Source: an uncultured virus (IMG/VR IMGVR_UViG_3300037067_017539) (Duplodnaviria > Heunggongvirae > Uroviricota > Caudoviricetes). Taken from it: a stretch of 64,000 nucleotides of DNA. The stretch is taken from IMG/VR virus record IMGVR_UViG_3300037067_017539. One strand, 5' to 3'. The stretch's first letter is position 1, and each line of letters starts with the position of its first letter. Positions 1 through 9,792 of this stretch are shown here, one piece after another. Below the pieces are notes generated by a model. It saw only the letters and a program-made list of their open reading frames with translations, searched no databases and was not told where the DNA came from. The position numbers and the translations under genes are program-made.

Positions 1-8
1 CGATCTGA

Positions 9-560
9 GATACCACATATGGATTAGAAAATTGCAATTCAATTCGATTTGGTTATTATTATCCAAGTACTATTTACACATATTCATATTTTGATGATAT
101 AATAATTGATGACGCTGATTGGATTGGTTTGGGGCATGTTTTTGTTGGCGGCGCAATTACTGGGGCCGGTTCTTCTACTCAATGGACAAGTAGCACGGCC
201 GCAACAAATTATGCAAATGTTGACGAAATACCATATTCTGACACAGATTATAATTCAACAAATACCACAGATGCACTTGACCTTTACACATTGAATGATT
301 GCCTTAATGGGCTTGATGTTGCTTCAGTTTCCGGAGTATATTTGAATATTAGAACAAGTTATGAAGGGGGTCCAACTCCAACTGGAATTCAACCGGCGCT
401 TAAATCAGACGTCACAACTGGTTATGCAGCAACAATTTCACTATCCGCATCGTTTTTTAATCAACAAAAAATATTTGAAATAAATCCAAACACGGCGGCA
501 ACATTCACAACTTCTGATTTTACAAATGGAATTGAGGTCGGTGTTAAGGCGGTGGTTTAA
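9..560 (+). CDS. virion/tail-associated protein, 5' partial
   Basis: Frame of ORF 129..560 is open upstream to nt 9 (DTTYGLENCNSIRFG...YFDDIIIDDADWIGLGHV); Thr/Asp-rich beta-type composition; overlaps the next gene via TAATG. Confidence 0.5.
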   Translation, partial: DTTYGLENCNSIRFGYYYPSTIYTYSYFDDIIIDDADWIGLGHVFVGGAITGAGSSTQWTSSTAATNYANVDEIPYSDTDYNSTNTTDALDLYTLNDCLNGLDVASVSGVYLNIRTSYEGGPTPTGIQPALKSDVTTGYAATISLSASFFNQQKIFEINPNTAATFTTSDFTNGIEVGVKAVV

Positions 561-2032
561 TGACATGGACAAATGACTTTACCAGTGATCCAAATTGCGT
601 TGCATTATGGCGAATGGAATCTGGCGCTTTAACTACAGATTCCATCGGGACAAATACATTAACGAATGTTGGTGTTGCTGAAGCTACAGCGGCAGGAACA
701 TTTAAAGAAGGTGCTTGTGCAGCTGATTTTGAATCTGGCGAAAATGATTATATGTATTGTGCTGATGCCGATTTGGATGCCGGATTCCCATTAAAATCTG
801 GTGATACAACTAAGAAATTTTCTTGTGCATTTTGGATGAAACAAGAATCAAGTCATTCATCTCATTATATAGTTGCAAAATATGATACAAATTCCAAAAG
901 AAGTTTAGCTGTTGTATTAACAAGTGATAAAATAAATATTTATATTGGATATAATAGTGGGGAAAGTTTTGAAACATATGCATTTAATAAAACATTAGTT
1001 GATGGTAGGTGGTATCATGTTGGAATTGCTCATGACGGAATAAATAAAACCACATTGGCAAGTATTTATGATGAATATAATGACACTACTTATGAAGAAA
1101 CTTATAACGCCACAAATGAAACAAATATTTCTAATGCCGTATTTTCACTTGGTAATCGCGGGAATCTTGATTCCGATTATGATTTTGATGGAATTTTAGA
1201 TGAAGTCGTAATTTTTAAAGATTTAAAAACTACTAATGATTTTAATAAAATGGTATTGGATTATTATGGAGCAACGACAGGAGAAGTTAAAGTTTCAAGT
1301 ATTCTTCCAGAAGTTGAATATGTTCCACCCGATAAAGTTAAAGTTTCCAGTATTTCTATAGAGGTTGAATATAAAGTTCCCGGTGAGATTCCCATAAGCC
1401 TTGGTTTTGATGCCTATTTACAAAAAACGACGTTTTCTACCATCGGGCTTGATGCAAACTTAAAAAAAGCGCATTCTTCAAATTTCAAAATAGATGCTTT
1501 AACACTGGTTCTGCATGAAGTAACAATTAGTTTTGACGCACTCATAAAAGCTGAAAATATTGAAGTAACAACCGGCTTAGATGCCCATATAATGGGTATT
1601 GATAAAACCGCAACAAATTCCATAGATGCCAATTTGGCTTCCCCAAAAACCGCAACAAATTCCATTGATGCCAATTTGGCTTCCTTAAAAACCGCAACAA
1701 GCAACAATGTTGACGCTGTTCTGCAAAAGGCTTTTGAAGTTACAACTGGATTACATGCATATATTCTTGATCCATATTCAAGGATCAAGGCCTTAGATGC
1801 CTATTTACAAAAGCAAGATTTAACAACTGAAACCGGTATTGATGCATATATTCAGGCAATAAAAACAAATACAGTTGAATTAGACGCAAACCTTGTGTTT
1901 ACAACTGATTCATCAATAAGTTTAGATTCACACCTTAAAAAGGCCGAGAACTTCGTTGAATGTTCAATGGATGCTTTATTGCTTCCAGTTCCATCATCGA
2001 CAAACAGCGGAAATATGTTCTTAATTTTTTAA
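560..2032 (+). CDS. LamG/concanavalin-A-like domain virion (tail) protein with C-terminal DAxL repeats
   Basis: CVALWRME...FSCAFW...DGRWYHVGI...FDGILDEVVIF LamG pattern; then ~14-aa repeats containing (L/I/F)DA(Y/N/H)L. Confidence 0.7.
   Translation: MTWTNDFTSDPNCVALWRMESGALTTDSIGTNTLTNVGVAEATAAGTFKEGACAADFESGENDYMYCADADLDAGFPLKSGDTTKKFSCAFWMKQESSHSSHYIVAKYDTNSKRSLAVVLTSDKINIYIGYNSGESFETYAFNKTLVDGRWYHVGIAHDGINKTTLASIYDEYNDTTYEETYNATNETNISNAVFSLGNRGNLDSDYDFDGILDEVVIFKDLKTTNDFNKMVLDYYGATTGEVKVSSILPEVEYVPPDKVKVSSISIEVEYKVPGEIPISLGFDAYLQKTTFSTIGLDANLKKAHSSNFKIDALTLVLHEVTISFDALIKAENIEVTTGLDAHIMGIDKTATNSIDANLASPKTATNSIDANLASLKTATSNNVDAVLQKAFEVTTGLHAYILDPYSRIKALDAYLQKQDLTTETGIDAYIQAIKTNTVELDANLVFTTDSSISLDSHLKKAENFVECSMDALLLPVPSSTNSGNMFLIF
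1604..1700 (+). repeat. 42-bp tandem repeat (2.3 copies) encoding KTATNSIDANLAS(P/L)
   Basis: AAAACCGCAACAA starts at 1604, 1646 and 1688. Confidence 0.9.
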
Positions 2033-2048
2033 CCGAAAGGTAAAAAAT

Positions 2049-2528
2049 ATGACTTGCGAATTACAACCACAATATAAACTACAACAATGTCAAGAACACG
2101 CAACTGTGTTTGAATCACAAGTTAAAACAGAACAAATGGTTATCGGCTTACACGATGTTGTTATGGAAATTAAAAAAGACGTTTCATATTTAAAAAAAGA
2201 TTATTTTGACGGAAGATTGTTGATACAACAACTTTCCATAGATTTTAATTCAAGTCTGAAGCCAAGAATTGAAGTGTTGGAAAAGAAAACCGACCAATCA
2301 ATACTTTTTCATTCAAAAATAGATGAATTATCAAGTTCTATACAAGGAATAAAAGATTGCCTTGCCAAAGAAGAAATTAAAAAAAAAATAGGGCTTATGG
2401 GTTTCTTTTCAATGAGTTTTGAAAATGCAAAAAAGAACATGGGAACCGTAATTCTTGTTGCCCTGATGATTACAGCTTTAAAATGGGCGGGAAATTTATT
2501 TGACATGGCAAAGGAGATTGTAAAATGA
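2049..2528 (+). CDS. coiled-coil protein with C-terminal TM helix, possible holin-like lysis protein
   Basis: Heptad-rich body, hydrophobic TVILVALMITALKW; directly upstream of the cell wall hydrolase. Confidence 0.45.
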   Translation: MTCELQPQYKLQQCQEHATVFESQVKTEQMVIGLHDVVMEIKKDVSYLKKDYFDGRLLIQQLSIDFNSSLKPRIEVLEKKTDQSILFHSKIDELSSSIQGIKDCLAKEEIKKKIGLMGFFSMSFENAKKNMGTVILVALMITALKWAGNLFDMAKEIVK

Positions 2529-2965
2529 ACCCATTATTAAAAGATTTTTATCCACTGACAGATGAAAAAATATTGGCAATTTGCATATGGGGCGAAGCAA
2601 GAGGTGAACCATTTGAAGCCAAATTGGCAGTTGCATCAGTAATTAAAGAAAGAGTTCGGCGTGGTGGTTGGTATGGTAAAGGATACCATGGCGTTATTCT
2701 GAAGGATAAACAATTTTCTTGTTTCAATCCATTTGATCCAAATTTTATAAAAATGATAGACCTTGTATATAATTTTGATGAAGAAAATAATAAAGAAAAA
2801 AATAAAGTTGTATGGGAATGTTATAAAATTGCAAAAGGAATAATTACCGGGAATATTAAACCAAATGTTGTAGCTACAAATTATCTTTCAATTTATTGTG
2901 ATGTTTGCTGGGAAAATAAATTAAAAAAAGTTGCTACCATTGGCCGACATGATTTTTATATTTGA
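2525..2965 (+). CDS. SleB-like cell wall hydrolase (Hydrolase_2), probable endolysin
   Basis: LAICIWGEARGEP...AVASVI...QFSCFN...IGRHDFY. Confidence 0.85.
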   Translation: MNPLLKDFYPLTDEKILAICIWGEARGEPFEAKLAVASVIKERVRRGGWYGKGYHGVILKDKQFSCFNPFDPNFIKMIDLVYNFDEENNKEKNKVVWECYKIAKGIITGNIKPNVVATNYLSIYCDVCWENKLKKVATIGRHDFYI

Positions 2966-3439
2966 TTGAAAGGGCTTGAACATATGATGGAATTAAAAAG
3001 AAGTGATTGTATTTTTTGTGACAATAAAAATTTATTAAGTGTTGATATATTAGACCCTTTTTCCGGAACAGATTTAGGTTTATTTAATAGCAGAACGGTT
3101 TGGCAACTGAATAAACCAATGAGAGTTATTGTCAATAAAAAATACCTGTTCATTATTCCTGCAATGTTCCAAACAGATTTGGCAAGTGTGCCAAGAATAC
3201 CGATTGTGTACGCCTTATGGGGCGACAGGGCTCATAAAGAAGCTATATGGCATGATTACCTATACCGTACAAATTGCGGCTTAATTTTGGCGAGGGCTCA
3301 GTGTGACTATTTATTTAAATTAGCAATGATTGGCCGGGGTCAACCGTGGTATATTTATGAGCCGATGTATAGAGGAGTAAGATTGGGCGGCGGCAGTTCG
3401 TATCATCGATTCCCGGTTGATCATAAATATATTAAATAA
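2966..3439 (+). CDS. DUF1353 family protein
   Basis: IPAMFQTDLASVPR...AIWHDYLY...DYLF...MYRGVRLGG; ATG at 2984 is a possible start. Confidence 0.8.
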   Translation: MKGLEHMMELKRSDCIFCDNKNLLSVDILDPFSGTDLGLFNSRTVWQLNKPMRVIVNKKYLFIIPAMFQTDLASVPRIPIVYALWGDRAHKEAIWHDYLYRTNCGLILARAQCDYLFKLAMIGRGQPWYIYEPMYRGVRLGGGSSYHRFPVDHKYIK

Positions 3440-3454
3440 AAGGGGACAAATAAA

Positions 3455-4105
3455 ATGGCGTTAACAAGAGTTTTTAAAAATTCATATTTCCCCGGTAACA
3501 ATATCTTTGGAGATGATACTGATAATTTAACAATAAATGATGGCGTTGTTTCTTTAAATGGCGCTGCAAAACGTTCCTTAACTATTAGAGCTGGAATTGA
3601 TTATGTTGCACAGATAGCCCATGCTAAACCAACACAAGTTACTGTCGGTTTAGCGAAGGGGTATTCAATGCCAATTTATGCGGCTGATAATGAAGAACTT
3701 TTTTTTAGTAGCAAGGTTCCTTATCGTTGGGATTTAATCAGTAATATATCATTTAGAACTTTTGTTGCTATTTCTGCGGCAGAAGATGTTGGCGATAAAT
3801 TTAAGTTTCAATTCTCATGGGAAAATAATATTTACGGCGAGCCTATAAAAACAACGACTAAAGATGTTGAAATAGAACAAGCAGTATTAGTTGACCAAAA
3901 TGAACAATATGATATTTATTTGATGATATTTGATATTGATTATGATGCTTATGGAATTGGCAATGAAATTACAAGTTTGAATATTATAAATGGGCGGCTT
4001 CGGCGTATTGCGGCAGCTGAACCACAAATAACCGGGGAAGTAATTATTTTGGATTGGTATATGGTTTATAATGTTGATAAGATGTTTGGTATTTCAACCG
4101 TATAG
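3455..4105 (+). CDS. hypothetical virion-associated protein
   Basis: 216 aa, RBS AGGGG, beta-rich, in structural/lysis block. Confidence 0.5.
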   Translation: MALTRVFKNSYFPGNNIFGDDTDNLTINDGVVSLNGAAKRSLTIRAGIDYVAQIAHAKPTQVTVGLAKGYSMPIYAADNEELFFSSKVPYRWDLISNISFRTFVAISAAEDVGDKFKFQFSWENNIYGEPIKTTTKDVEIEQAVLVDQNEQYDIYLMIFDIDYDAYGIGNEITSLNIINGRLRRIAAAEPQITGEVIILDWYMVYNVDKMFGISTV

Positions 4106-4122
4106 CTGGAGGGTATATTAAA

Positions 4123-4446
4123 ATGAAAAAACTTTTAAGTGCGGCGGTGGCAACTGGTAATGGTTCAGCGATAAAATTGGAAAGTCCAAATGCTTTTCAT
4201 GGCGTTGAAATCGTTCTAAATGGAACAATTTCAACCTTGTCTTTTGATTTAAAGGGCAGTATCTCTGGAAATTTTTGGGGCAACCTTGCGTCTTATACGA
4301 TGTCCACAACGGAACTTTTGGCTGGTGGTGTGGTTTTTCATGTGGCGGATAAAATGGTTGAACACGTTATGCCACACGTTTCAGATTATGCCGGTGCTTC
4401 TGGCAGTTCGATTGATGTATATTATACGCCGTATCCGTCATTTTAA
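4123..4446 (+). CDS. hypothetical small virion-type protein
   Basis: 107 aa, RBS GGAGGG, last gene before terminator. Confidence 0.55.
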   Translation: MKKLLSAAVATGNGSAIKLESPNAFHGVEIVLNGTISTLSFDLKGSISGNFWGNLASYTMSTTELLAGGVVFHVADKMVEHVMPHVSDYAGASGSSIDVYYTPYPSF

Positions 4447-4473
4447 AATAATTTATTAAAACAATTTGTTCTT

Positions 4474-4506
4474 AAAGCCCATCTATTAAAGTAGATGGGC
4501 TTTTTT
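4474..4506 (+). terminator. intrinsic terminator closing the late module
   Basis: AAAGCCCATCTA-ttaaag-TAGATGGGCTTT then T tract. Confidence 0.85.
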
Positions 4507-4567
4507 ATTTTTAAAGTTTTTTAAAAAACTTCTTGCTATTCTTTTAAAAAACAAATATGTTGAACTT
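4505..4567 (+). promoter_or_regulatory. repeated promoter element, copy 1
   Basis: TTTTTAAAGTTTTTTAAAAA; TTGCTA(4533)-17 nt-TATGTT(4556). Confidence 0.7.
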
Positions 4568-4608
4568 GAGGTTAACAAAAATAAAACAAAAAAAAAGAGA
4601 TTAAGAAA

Positions 4609-4839
4609 ATGGCCAAAAAATATTGGATAAAAGAACGTTTAAATCCACAATTCAAAAAAGCGATTTATTCAACATATGGGGCGGCAACATTAACAAAAAA
4701 ACAGATTGAAAAAATGGAGAACCCTGTTTATGGCATAAATATTATGCATTCGTTTAAAACCAAAAAAGAATATTTGGCGAGGATAGAAGAATTAAAATCT
4801 GAAGGAGAAACGATTATGGTTAAGACGGGAACAATATAA
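4609..4839 (+). CDS. hypothetical protein
   Basis: 76 aa ORF directly after promoter copy 1. Confidence 0.6.
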   Translation: MAKKYWIKERLNPQFKKAIYSTYGAATLTKKQIEKMENPVYGINIMHSFKTKKEYLARIEELKSEGETIMVKTGTI

Positions 4840-4886
4840 AATAACAACTTTGGAATTGGCCAAATAAAAATGAAAGGAATTAAAAA

Positions 4887-5660
4887 ATGAATTTCCCGCA
4901 AGTTGCAGAGCGACCATTATTTTTAAGTCAAATCAACAAAATGAACAGTTTTGTTAATACGCACAAGGCCATAATGAACCCGGAAACAAACCATATTTAC
5001 GGCATTCTATCTAAACAATATGAACTTACAAAACATGAAGATTTGTTGAATACGGTTCGTGGTGCTATTGACAAGAACATTGAATACGGTAAAGCAACCG
5101 AACATATTAATTTTTTTGAAGATGGCGGAAAAATGCGGGCAACATTTATCTTTAAAGATGTTGAGGTTGAAATTGACCGTGGTGACAAAGTAAATCCACA
5201 AATTGAAGTTTTCAATTCGTATGATGGTGGCTGGGCAAGAAAAATTCTTTTCGGCGCTTTCCGGCTGGTATGTTCAAACGGGCTGGTAATTGGTGAAAAA
5301 CAACTTGAATATAAACAAAAACACCTTCAGGTATTTTCTGAAGAATCCGTTGGGCAGTTGCTTATAACTTCCATGGAAAAGTTTTCTGAACGAAAAAAAG
5401 TCTGGGAATCATGGGTTGACCGGGTAACAACACCGCAAGAATACGAAGAAGTTATGACGAACCTTAATTTATCCCAAAAAGATCAAGATGCCATAGGCCA
5501 GGAAGTGGAAATTAGTTCAAACATTATGATAGACGACTTGAGAACCAAAACCTTATCATATTGGATGTTTTTCAATATCCTTTGCCAGTATCTTACCCAC
5601 AGCATGAAAAGCCACTTAAAAAGGGTACAAATAGAAAACACAATGAGAAGAAACTTTTAA
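4887..5660 (+). CDS. DUF932 family protein
   Basis: GILSKQYEL..H; FNSYDGG...GAFRLVCSNG. Confidence 0.8.
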   Translation: MNFPQVAERPLFLSQINKMNSFVNTHKAIMNPETNHIYGILSKQYELTKHEDLLNTVRGAIDKNIEYGKATEHINFFEDGGKMRATFIFKDVEVEIDRGDKVNPQIEVFNSYDGGWARKILFGAFRLVCSNGLVIGEKQLEYKQKHLQVFSEESVGQLLITSMEKFSERKKVWESWVDRVTTPQEYEEVMTNLNLSQKDQDAIGQEVEISSNIMIDDLRTKTLSYWMFFNILCQYLTHSMKSHLKRVQIENTMRRNF

Positions 5661-5688
5661 TACTGGCGGAAACCATAAAGAATATTAA

Positions 5689-5757
5689 AAAGGCCTTTTT
5701 TAAAAAAATTTAAAAAAGGCCTTTACTTTTTTTTAAAAACAGATTAACATTAATTAT
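5689..5757 (+). promoter_or_regulatory. repeated promoter element, copy 2
   Basis: Perfect 16-bp arms AAAGGCCTTTTTTAAA/TTTAAAAAAGGCCTTT; TTTACT(5722)-17 nt-TAACAT(5745). Confidence 0.7.
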
Positions 5758-5795
5758 ACAGCAAAAAAAACAAATTATAAAAAAAGGAGACGCAA

Positions 5796-5921
5796 ATGAA
5801 AGCAACAGTAAAAATAATTGAATGGTCAATGATTGTAGTTTTACCGGTTGCGGTATGGATAGGGTTTGCAATTATGTTTTCTCAAAAAATTAACCCTATA
5901 ATTAATAATATTTTTAAATAA
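5796..5921 (+). CDS. small membrane protein (41 aa, not in ORF track)
   Basis: RBS AAGGAG; MKATVKIIEWSMIVVLPVAVWIGFAIMFSQ... Confidence 0.55.
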   Translation: MKATVKIIEWSMIVVLPVAVWIGFAIMFSQKINPIINNIFK

Positions 5922-5933
5922 AAGGTAAATAAA

Positions 5934-6122
5934 ATGGCAAAAATAGAAAAGGCGGTTCAAGGCACATATATCCCAAAAGAATTAAAGAAAATTCTTGATT
6001 TGGAATCTGACAGAAGAAATATTACATCGACCCGGTTGGCTTCAGAAATTCTCGAACGAGGAATAAAATCTTTAAAGAAAAGGGGTGTAAATGCAAATCA
6101 AGAGAAAACCGATCAAAATTAA
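5934..6122 (+). CDS. ribbon-helix-helix DNA-binding protein
   Basis: beta strand-YIPKELKKILDLESDRRNITSTRLASEILERGI pattern. Confidence 0.6.
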   Translation: MAKIEKAVQGTYIPKELKKILDLESDRRNITSTRLASEILERGIKSLKKRGVNANQEKTDQN

Positions 6123-6390
6123 ATCAACACAATTGATTTGCCGGTATTGTGTCAAGTTTGAAAATGCCCGACGATCATCTGACCCTGAAGAAAAAGGTGG
6201 GCGTTTTTGTAATGGAAATGTTGTTTTTGAAAAAACTGAAGCTTGTGAAGAATGGGAAGTTTGTAAATTCATTAAGTGTGATAATTTTAATTTTAGAATA
6301 CACATTGAAGCTTGTGCATCAAGATTCCAAAAAAGAACATCCGGTTGTACGAGATGTAAACAAGGCAAACAAATTGCAAAATTCATGTAG
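6091..6390 (+). CDS. Cys-rich hypothetical protein
   Basis: CRYC, CTRC and further Cys; RBS GGGGTG. Confidence 0.55.
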   Translation: MQIKRKPIKIKSTQLICRYCVKFENARRSSDPEEKGGRFCNGNVVFEKTEACEEWEVCKFIKCDNFNFRIHIEACASRFQKRTSGCTRCKQGKQIAKFM

Positions 6391-6401
6391 GGGGTGTTTC
6401 T

Positions 6402-6773
6402 ATGGCTGCAACACAATTTGATTGGATTACTGCTTTTTACGCTTCAAAAGAATCAGGTTACACAGATATTTCTGACCCAGTTATTTCAAACCAACTTTAT
6501 GAATCCAGTAATCCACTTGACGAACTGCTGAAAGCCGAAAAAGAACATTTATCCAATGAGCGTTATCTTTCCTTATCAGATGAAGCAAAAGAACTTGTTG
6601 ATATTATTATTTCTACTCCTGCTGAATTTTTGGAAGCATTTGGTTTTAAAACAGTCAGAAGTGCAAATCCTACCAGCATCGAAGCGGCATTACGCAAACG
6701 CTGGAAAGATTGGAAATATGCCCGACAGGTTGTTAGGGAAGTTAAAGAATATGTTAAGGAGGCAATCTGTTGA
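6402..6773 (+). CDS. hypothetical protein
   Basis: 123 aa, coupled to the helicase start. Confidence 0.6.
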   Translation: MAATQFDWITAFYASKESGYTDISDPVISNQLYESSNPLDELLKAEKEHLSNERYLSLSDEAKELVDIIISTPAEFLEAFGFKTVRSANPTSIEAALRKRWKDWKYARQVVREVKEYVKEAIC

Positions 6774-8170
6774 AAATAATTCAAAACGATCCAATTCATT
6801 GTTCAGTTGTTCCGCCAATAGAAATCAATAAAATCAAAAAAGTTTTTGAATATCCTTCAGAATATTGGATACAAGGCGCTTTTAAAAAACAACGAAAATG
6901 CACAACTTCATTAATGGCAAATCATCCACACAAAGGTTGGTTTTTGGCTGGTTCATTACCAGCTGTAAAAAAATATTGTGAAATAAATGCAATACCACTT
7001 GAAATAGAACAATATGTTCCGGAACCAATAAAAATGGTTCGGGCAGCATTGCCGGGTATAACTTTCCGTGAAGATCAAAAAAATGCTATTGATACAGTTA
7101 TAAAACAATCCCGTGGAATAATAAAGGCACCGACCGGCTCCGGTAAAACTGTAATGGCTGGTGGAATAATTTCAATGTATCCGGATTCTAAATCTATTGT
7201 GATTGTGCATACAAAAAGTTTATTTTTGCAAACGGTTGAAGAACTTAAAAAATGGTTTGGTAATACCGTTGGGGAAATTGGTTCTGGAGTATATGAACCA
7301 AATAAAATAACGGTATGCATGATTCAAACTGTAAATAAAATTTTGATTAATAAAAAATCTGATAAATATGATGAGTTTTTTGATTTGCTTGTAGATGTTG
7401 ACGTTGTAATAATTGATGAAGCTCACCATTTGGCAAAAGATCAAGGCCATTATGTGGAATTAATGCTTTCTTGCTTGGCACCAATCAGAATCGGCCTTAC
7501 AGCCACACCAAATCCGAAGAATAAAACAAAGGAACGTTTGGTAGGGGAAGGTCATTTGGGGCCTGTTATGGGTGAATTAACCGTTGAAAAAGGCATTGAA
7601 AGCGGTATACTGGCGCAACCAAGATTGAAGCTTATACCAGTTCCAAAAAATATAACTGTTAAAAGCAAAAAATATGCAGATATTTATCGAGACTGCATCG
7701 TTTTAAATAAAACCAGAAACCGGCTTATTGCAAAAGAAGCATCTGATACGATACGGGCAGGCAAATCTGTGTTAATAATGATTTCTGACATTGTAAATAA
7801 ACATGCAGAAACAATTCGAGATTTGATGATTGATTTGTATGACACAGATTCTCTTATTGTTACTGGGGCAACTGATAATGATTTGAGAGAACAAATTAAA
7901 TCAACATTGAAAACTAAAGATATTCTTTGCGTCATCGTTACCAGTGTTTGGAGGGAAGGAATCAATATTCCATCGTTGGATTGCATTATTAATGCGATTG
8001 GTGGCAAGAGTGATATTATGGTTCTTCAGGTTGCAGGAAGAGGGTTAAGAACGGCAGAAGGTAAAGAGGAAATTTTGATTGTTGATTTTTTAGACCCATA
8101 TCAGTTTCTTGCACAGCATAGTATAGAACGGCTCAGAATTTATAATGATATGGGTATTCTTAATAAATAA
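6770..8170 (+). CDS. superfamily 2 DExH helicase (UvsW/ResIII-like)
   Basis: APTGSGKT, IIDEAHH, GLTATP, EGINIP, QVAGRGLR. Confidence 0.9.
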   Translation: MKIIQNDPIHCSVVPPIEINKIKKVFEYPSEYWIQGAFKKQRKCTTSLMANHPHKGWFLAGSLPAVKKYCEINAIPLEIEQYVPEPIKMVRAALPGITFREDQKNAIDTVIKQSRGIIKAPTGSGKTVMAGGIISMYPDSKSIVIVHTKSLFLQTVEELKKWFGNTVGEIGSGVYEPNKITVCMIQTVNKILINKKSDKYDEFFDLLVDVDVVIIDEAHHLAKDQGHYVELMLSCLAPIRIGLTATPNPKNKTKERLVGEGHLGPVMGELTVEKGIESGILAQPRLKLIPVPKNITVKSKKYADIYRDCIVLNKTRNRLIAKEASDTIRAGKSVLIMISDIVNKHAETIRDLMIDLYDTDSLIVTGATDNDLREQIKSTLKTKDILCVIVTSVWREGINIPSLDCIINAIGGKSDIMVLQVAGRGLRTAEGKEEILIVDFLDPYQFLAQHSIERLRIYNDMGILNK

Positions 8171-8233
8171 TTTTTAAAGATTTTTAAAAATAGTCCTTGT
8201 TTTTTTTAAAAGTTATAGTATCATGAATTTAAA
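8171..8233 (+). promoter_or_regulatory. repeated promoter element, copy 3
   Basis: TTTTTAAAGATTTTTAAAAATAGTCCTTGTTT...TATCATGAATTTAAA. Confidence 0.7.
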
Positions 8234-8273
8234 GTGCGAAACAATTAACCATTAAACTGAAAGGAAAACAAAA

Positions 8274-8501
8274 ATGAATAATTCCAGAAGAAAAAAAATT
8301 AAAGAAATCATTTCTAAGCTGAAAGATCTTAATAACGAATTTGAAGAAATAGAGGAAGAAGAACAAGACTATCTTGATAATATTCCGGAAAATCTTCAAT
8401 CGAGCGATAGGTATGAAATTGCTGAAAATTCAGTACAGATTCTTGAAGATGCCGTTAATGGTATTGATGATATTATTTCCAGTTTTGACGATATATTGTA
8501 A
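8274..8501 (+). CDS. small acidic phage protein
   Basis: MNNSRRKKI...EEEQDYLDNIPENLQSSDRYE; RBS GAAAGGA. Confidence 0.7.
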   Translation: MNNSRRKKIKEIISKLKDLNNEFEEIEEEEQDYLDNIPENLQSSDRYEIAENSVQILEDAVNGIDDIISSFDDIL

Positions 8502-8710
8502 TCATAAAGCAGGTGCATTTAATTTAACAACAAATAGGAAAATTCTAATGGCTGAAAATGGAATGACTATTTATAATGGAAACGGTTATAAACCATCGTG
8601 GCCTTGTTTATGCATTAAGAAACCAAAAAAAACACCACAAAACAAAGTGGCAGATTTTAGCGGCCATTAATTACAACGAATTTATATAAGATCATTTTTT
8701 TGGAGGGAAA

Positions 8711-9421
8711 ATGGCTGATTTATCAAATATATCTGTGAATGGTATTTGTGTTGAAGAATGGCTTAATGAAACCGAAAATAAATTAAAGCATGTTGAAATA
8801 GAAAAAATACAGAAAATCGAAAGCAATAAACATTATCCTTATAAACCACCATTGCACAAGCAACAATCTAAATCCGGTCCTTTTAAACGTGCAACAAAGC
8901 TTACTGATCAACAAATTCGGAAGGAATATGGTATTATGAAAAAGCCATTTAATAATTTAAACGAGAATATTGTTTGGGTTATTGTTAACCATGGGCCAAT
9001 ATCTACAGAAGAAATTTTGACAAAACTGGGCCGTACAGACAGGAACAGCGTAAGTGCTGCAGTATCTTATGTTTGGTCTAAACTTGGTATTAATCAGGAT
9101 GTTTTATATAGAGAAAAAAAAGGCAGGGCTTATTTCTATAATGTTGCGATTCCTTATGCTGGCATTTCTGATGAAACAATCGTTGAAATGTATCGTGTCG
9201 ATAAACGTAAAAAGGTTATTATACCGGAATTTGAAACCAAAAAAGATGAATCCCCTGAACATTTTAATTGTCTTCGTGAACCTATTCCGTCAACAGAAAA
9301 TAATGATTTGGTACAAAAAATTGGAAAAATCATAGGGCAAACATTGGGTATTGAAATTAAAGTTTCCGGTAAGATTGAATTTGTTATTCGGGTTGAAAAT
9401 GGAATGGATAATGAGAAATAA
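8711..9421 (+). CDS. hypothetical protein with probable winged-HTH
   Basis: ISTEEIL...SVSAAVSYVW...LYREKKGRAYFY wing-like motif; RBS GGAGGG. Confidence 0.5.
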   Translation: MADLSNISVNGICVEEWLNETENKLKHVEIEKIQKIESNKHYPYKPPLHKQQSKSGPFKRATKLTDQQIRKEYGIMKKPFNNLNENIVWVIVNHGPISTEEILTKLGRTDRNSVSAAVSYVWSKLGINQDVLYREKKGRAYFYNVAIPYAGISDETIVEMYRVDKRKKVIIPEFETKKDESPEHFNCLREPIPSTENNDLVQKIGKIIGQTLGIEIKVSGKIEFVIRVENGMDNEK

Positions 9422-9442
9422 AAAAGAAAAGGAAAAATAAAA

Positions 9443-9673
9443 ATGAATGAACAATTAGTTAATTTTGCAAGGCAAGAATTAAAAAATGGATTAGCACAGT
9501 TACCATTAAGTAATAAAACAATGTTTAAGCGTATGTATTCGTATAAAAATCTTGATTTGGATATAAATGCAGTTGTAGACAATATTCCGGAAGAAAAACT
9601 TGATTTGGCTATACGACAAGTTAAACAAACTATCGACAAAAGGGCAGCAAATAAAATAAGAGAGGAAAGTTAA
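9443..9673 (+). CDS. hypothetical protein
   Basis: 76 aa, RBS AAAGGA. Confidence 0.6.
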   Translation: MNEQLVNFARQELKNGLAQLPLSNKTMFKRMYSYKNLDLDINAVVDNIPEEKLDLAIRQVKQTIDKRAANKIREES

Positions 9674-9792
9674 AATGGGCCACAGTAAAAGTTTCAAGTG
9701 AAAATCCAGACCTTTTTTAGAAGGCATTAAAAAAGGTCAATGTAAAGTCTGCAAAGGTTAAGATTTTGATCTTAAATTGAAAAGGTTAAACA

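Noticed and set aside
1..8. In-frame TGA at 6-8 upstream of an otherwise open frame, suggesting stop-codon recoding
   Set aside because: TGA and TAG end clear genes elsewhere (2965, 4105, 21840, 26770). The first bases CGATCT match the end of the Illumina adapter, so a contig-edge artefact is more likely.
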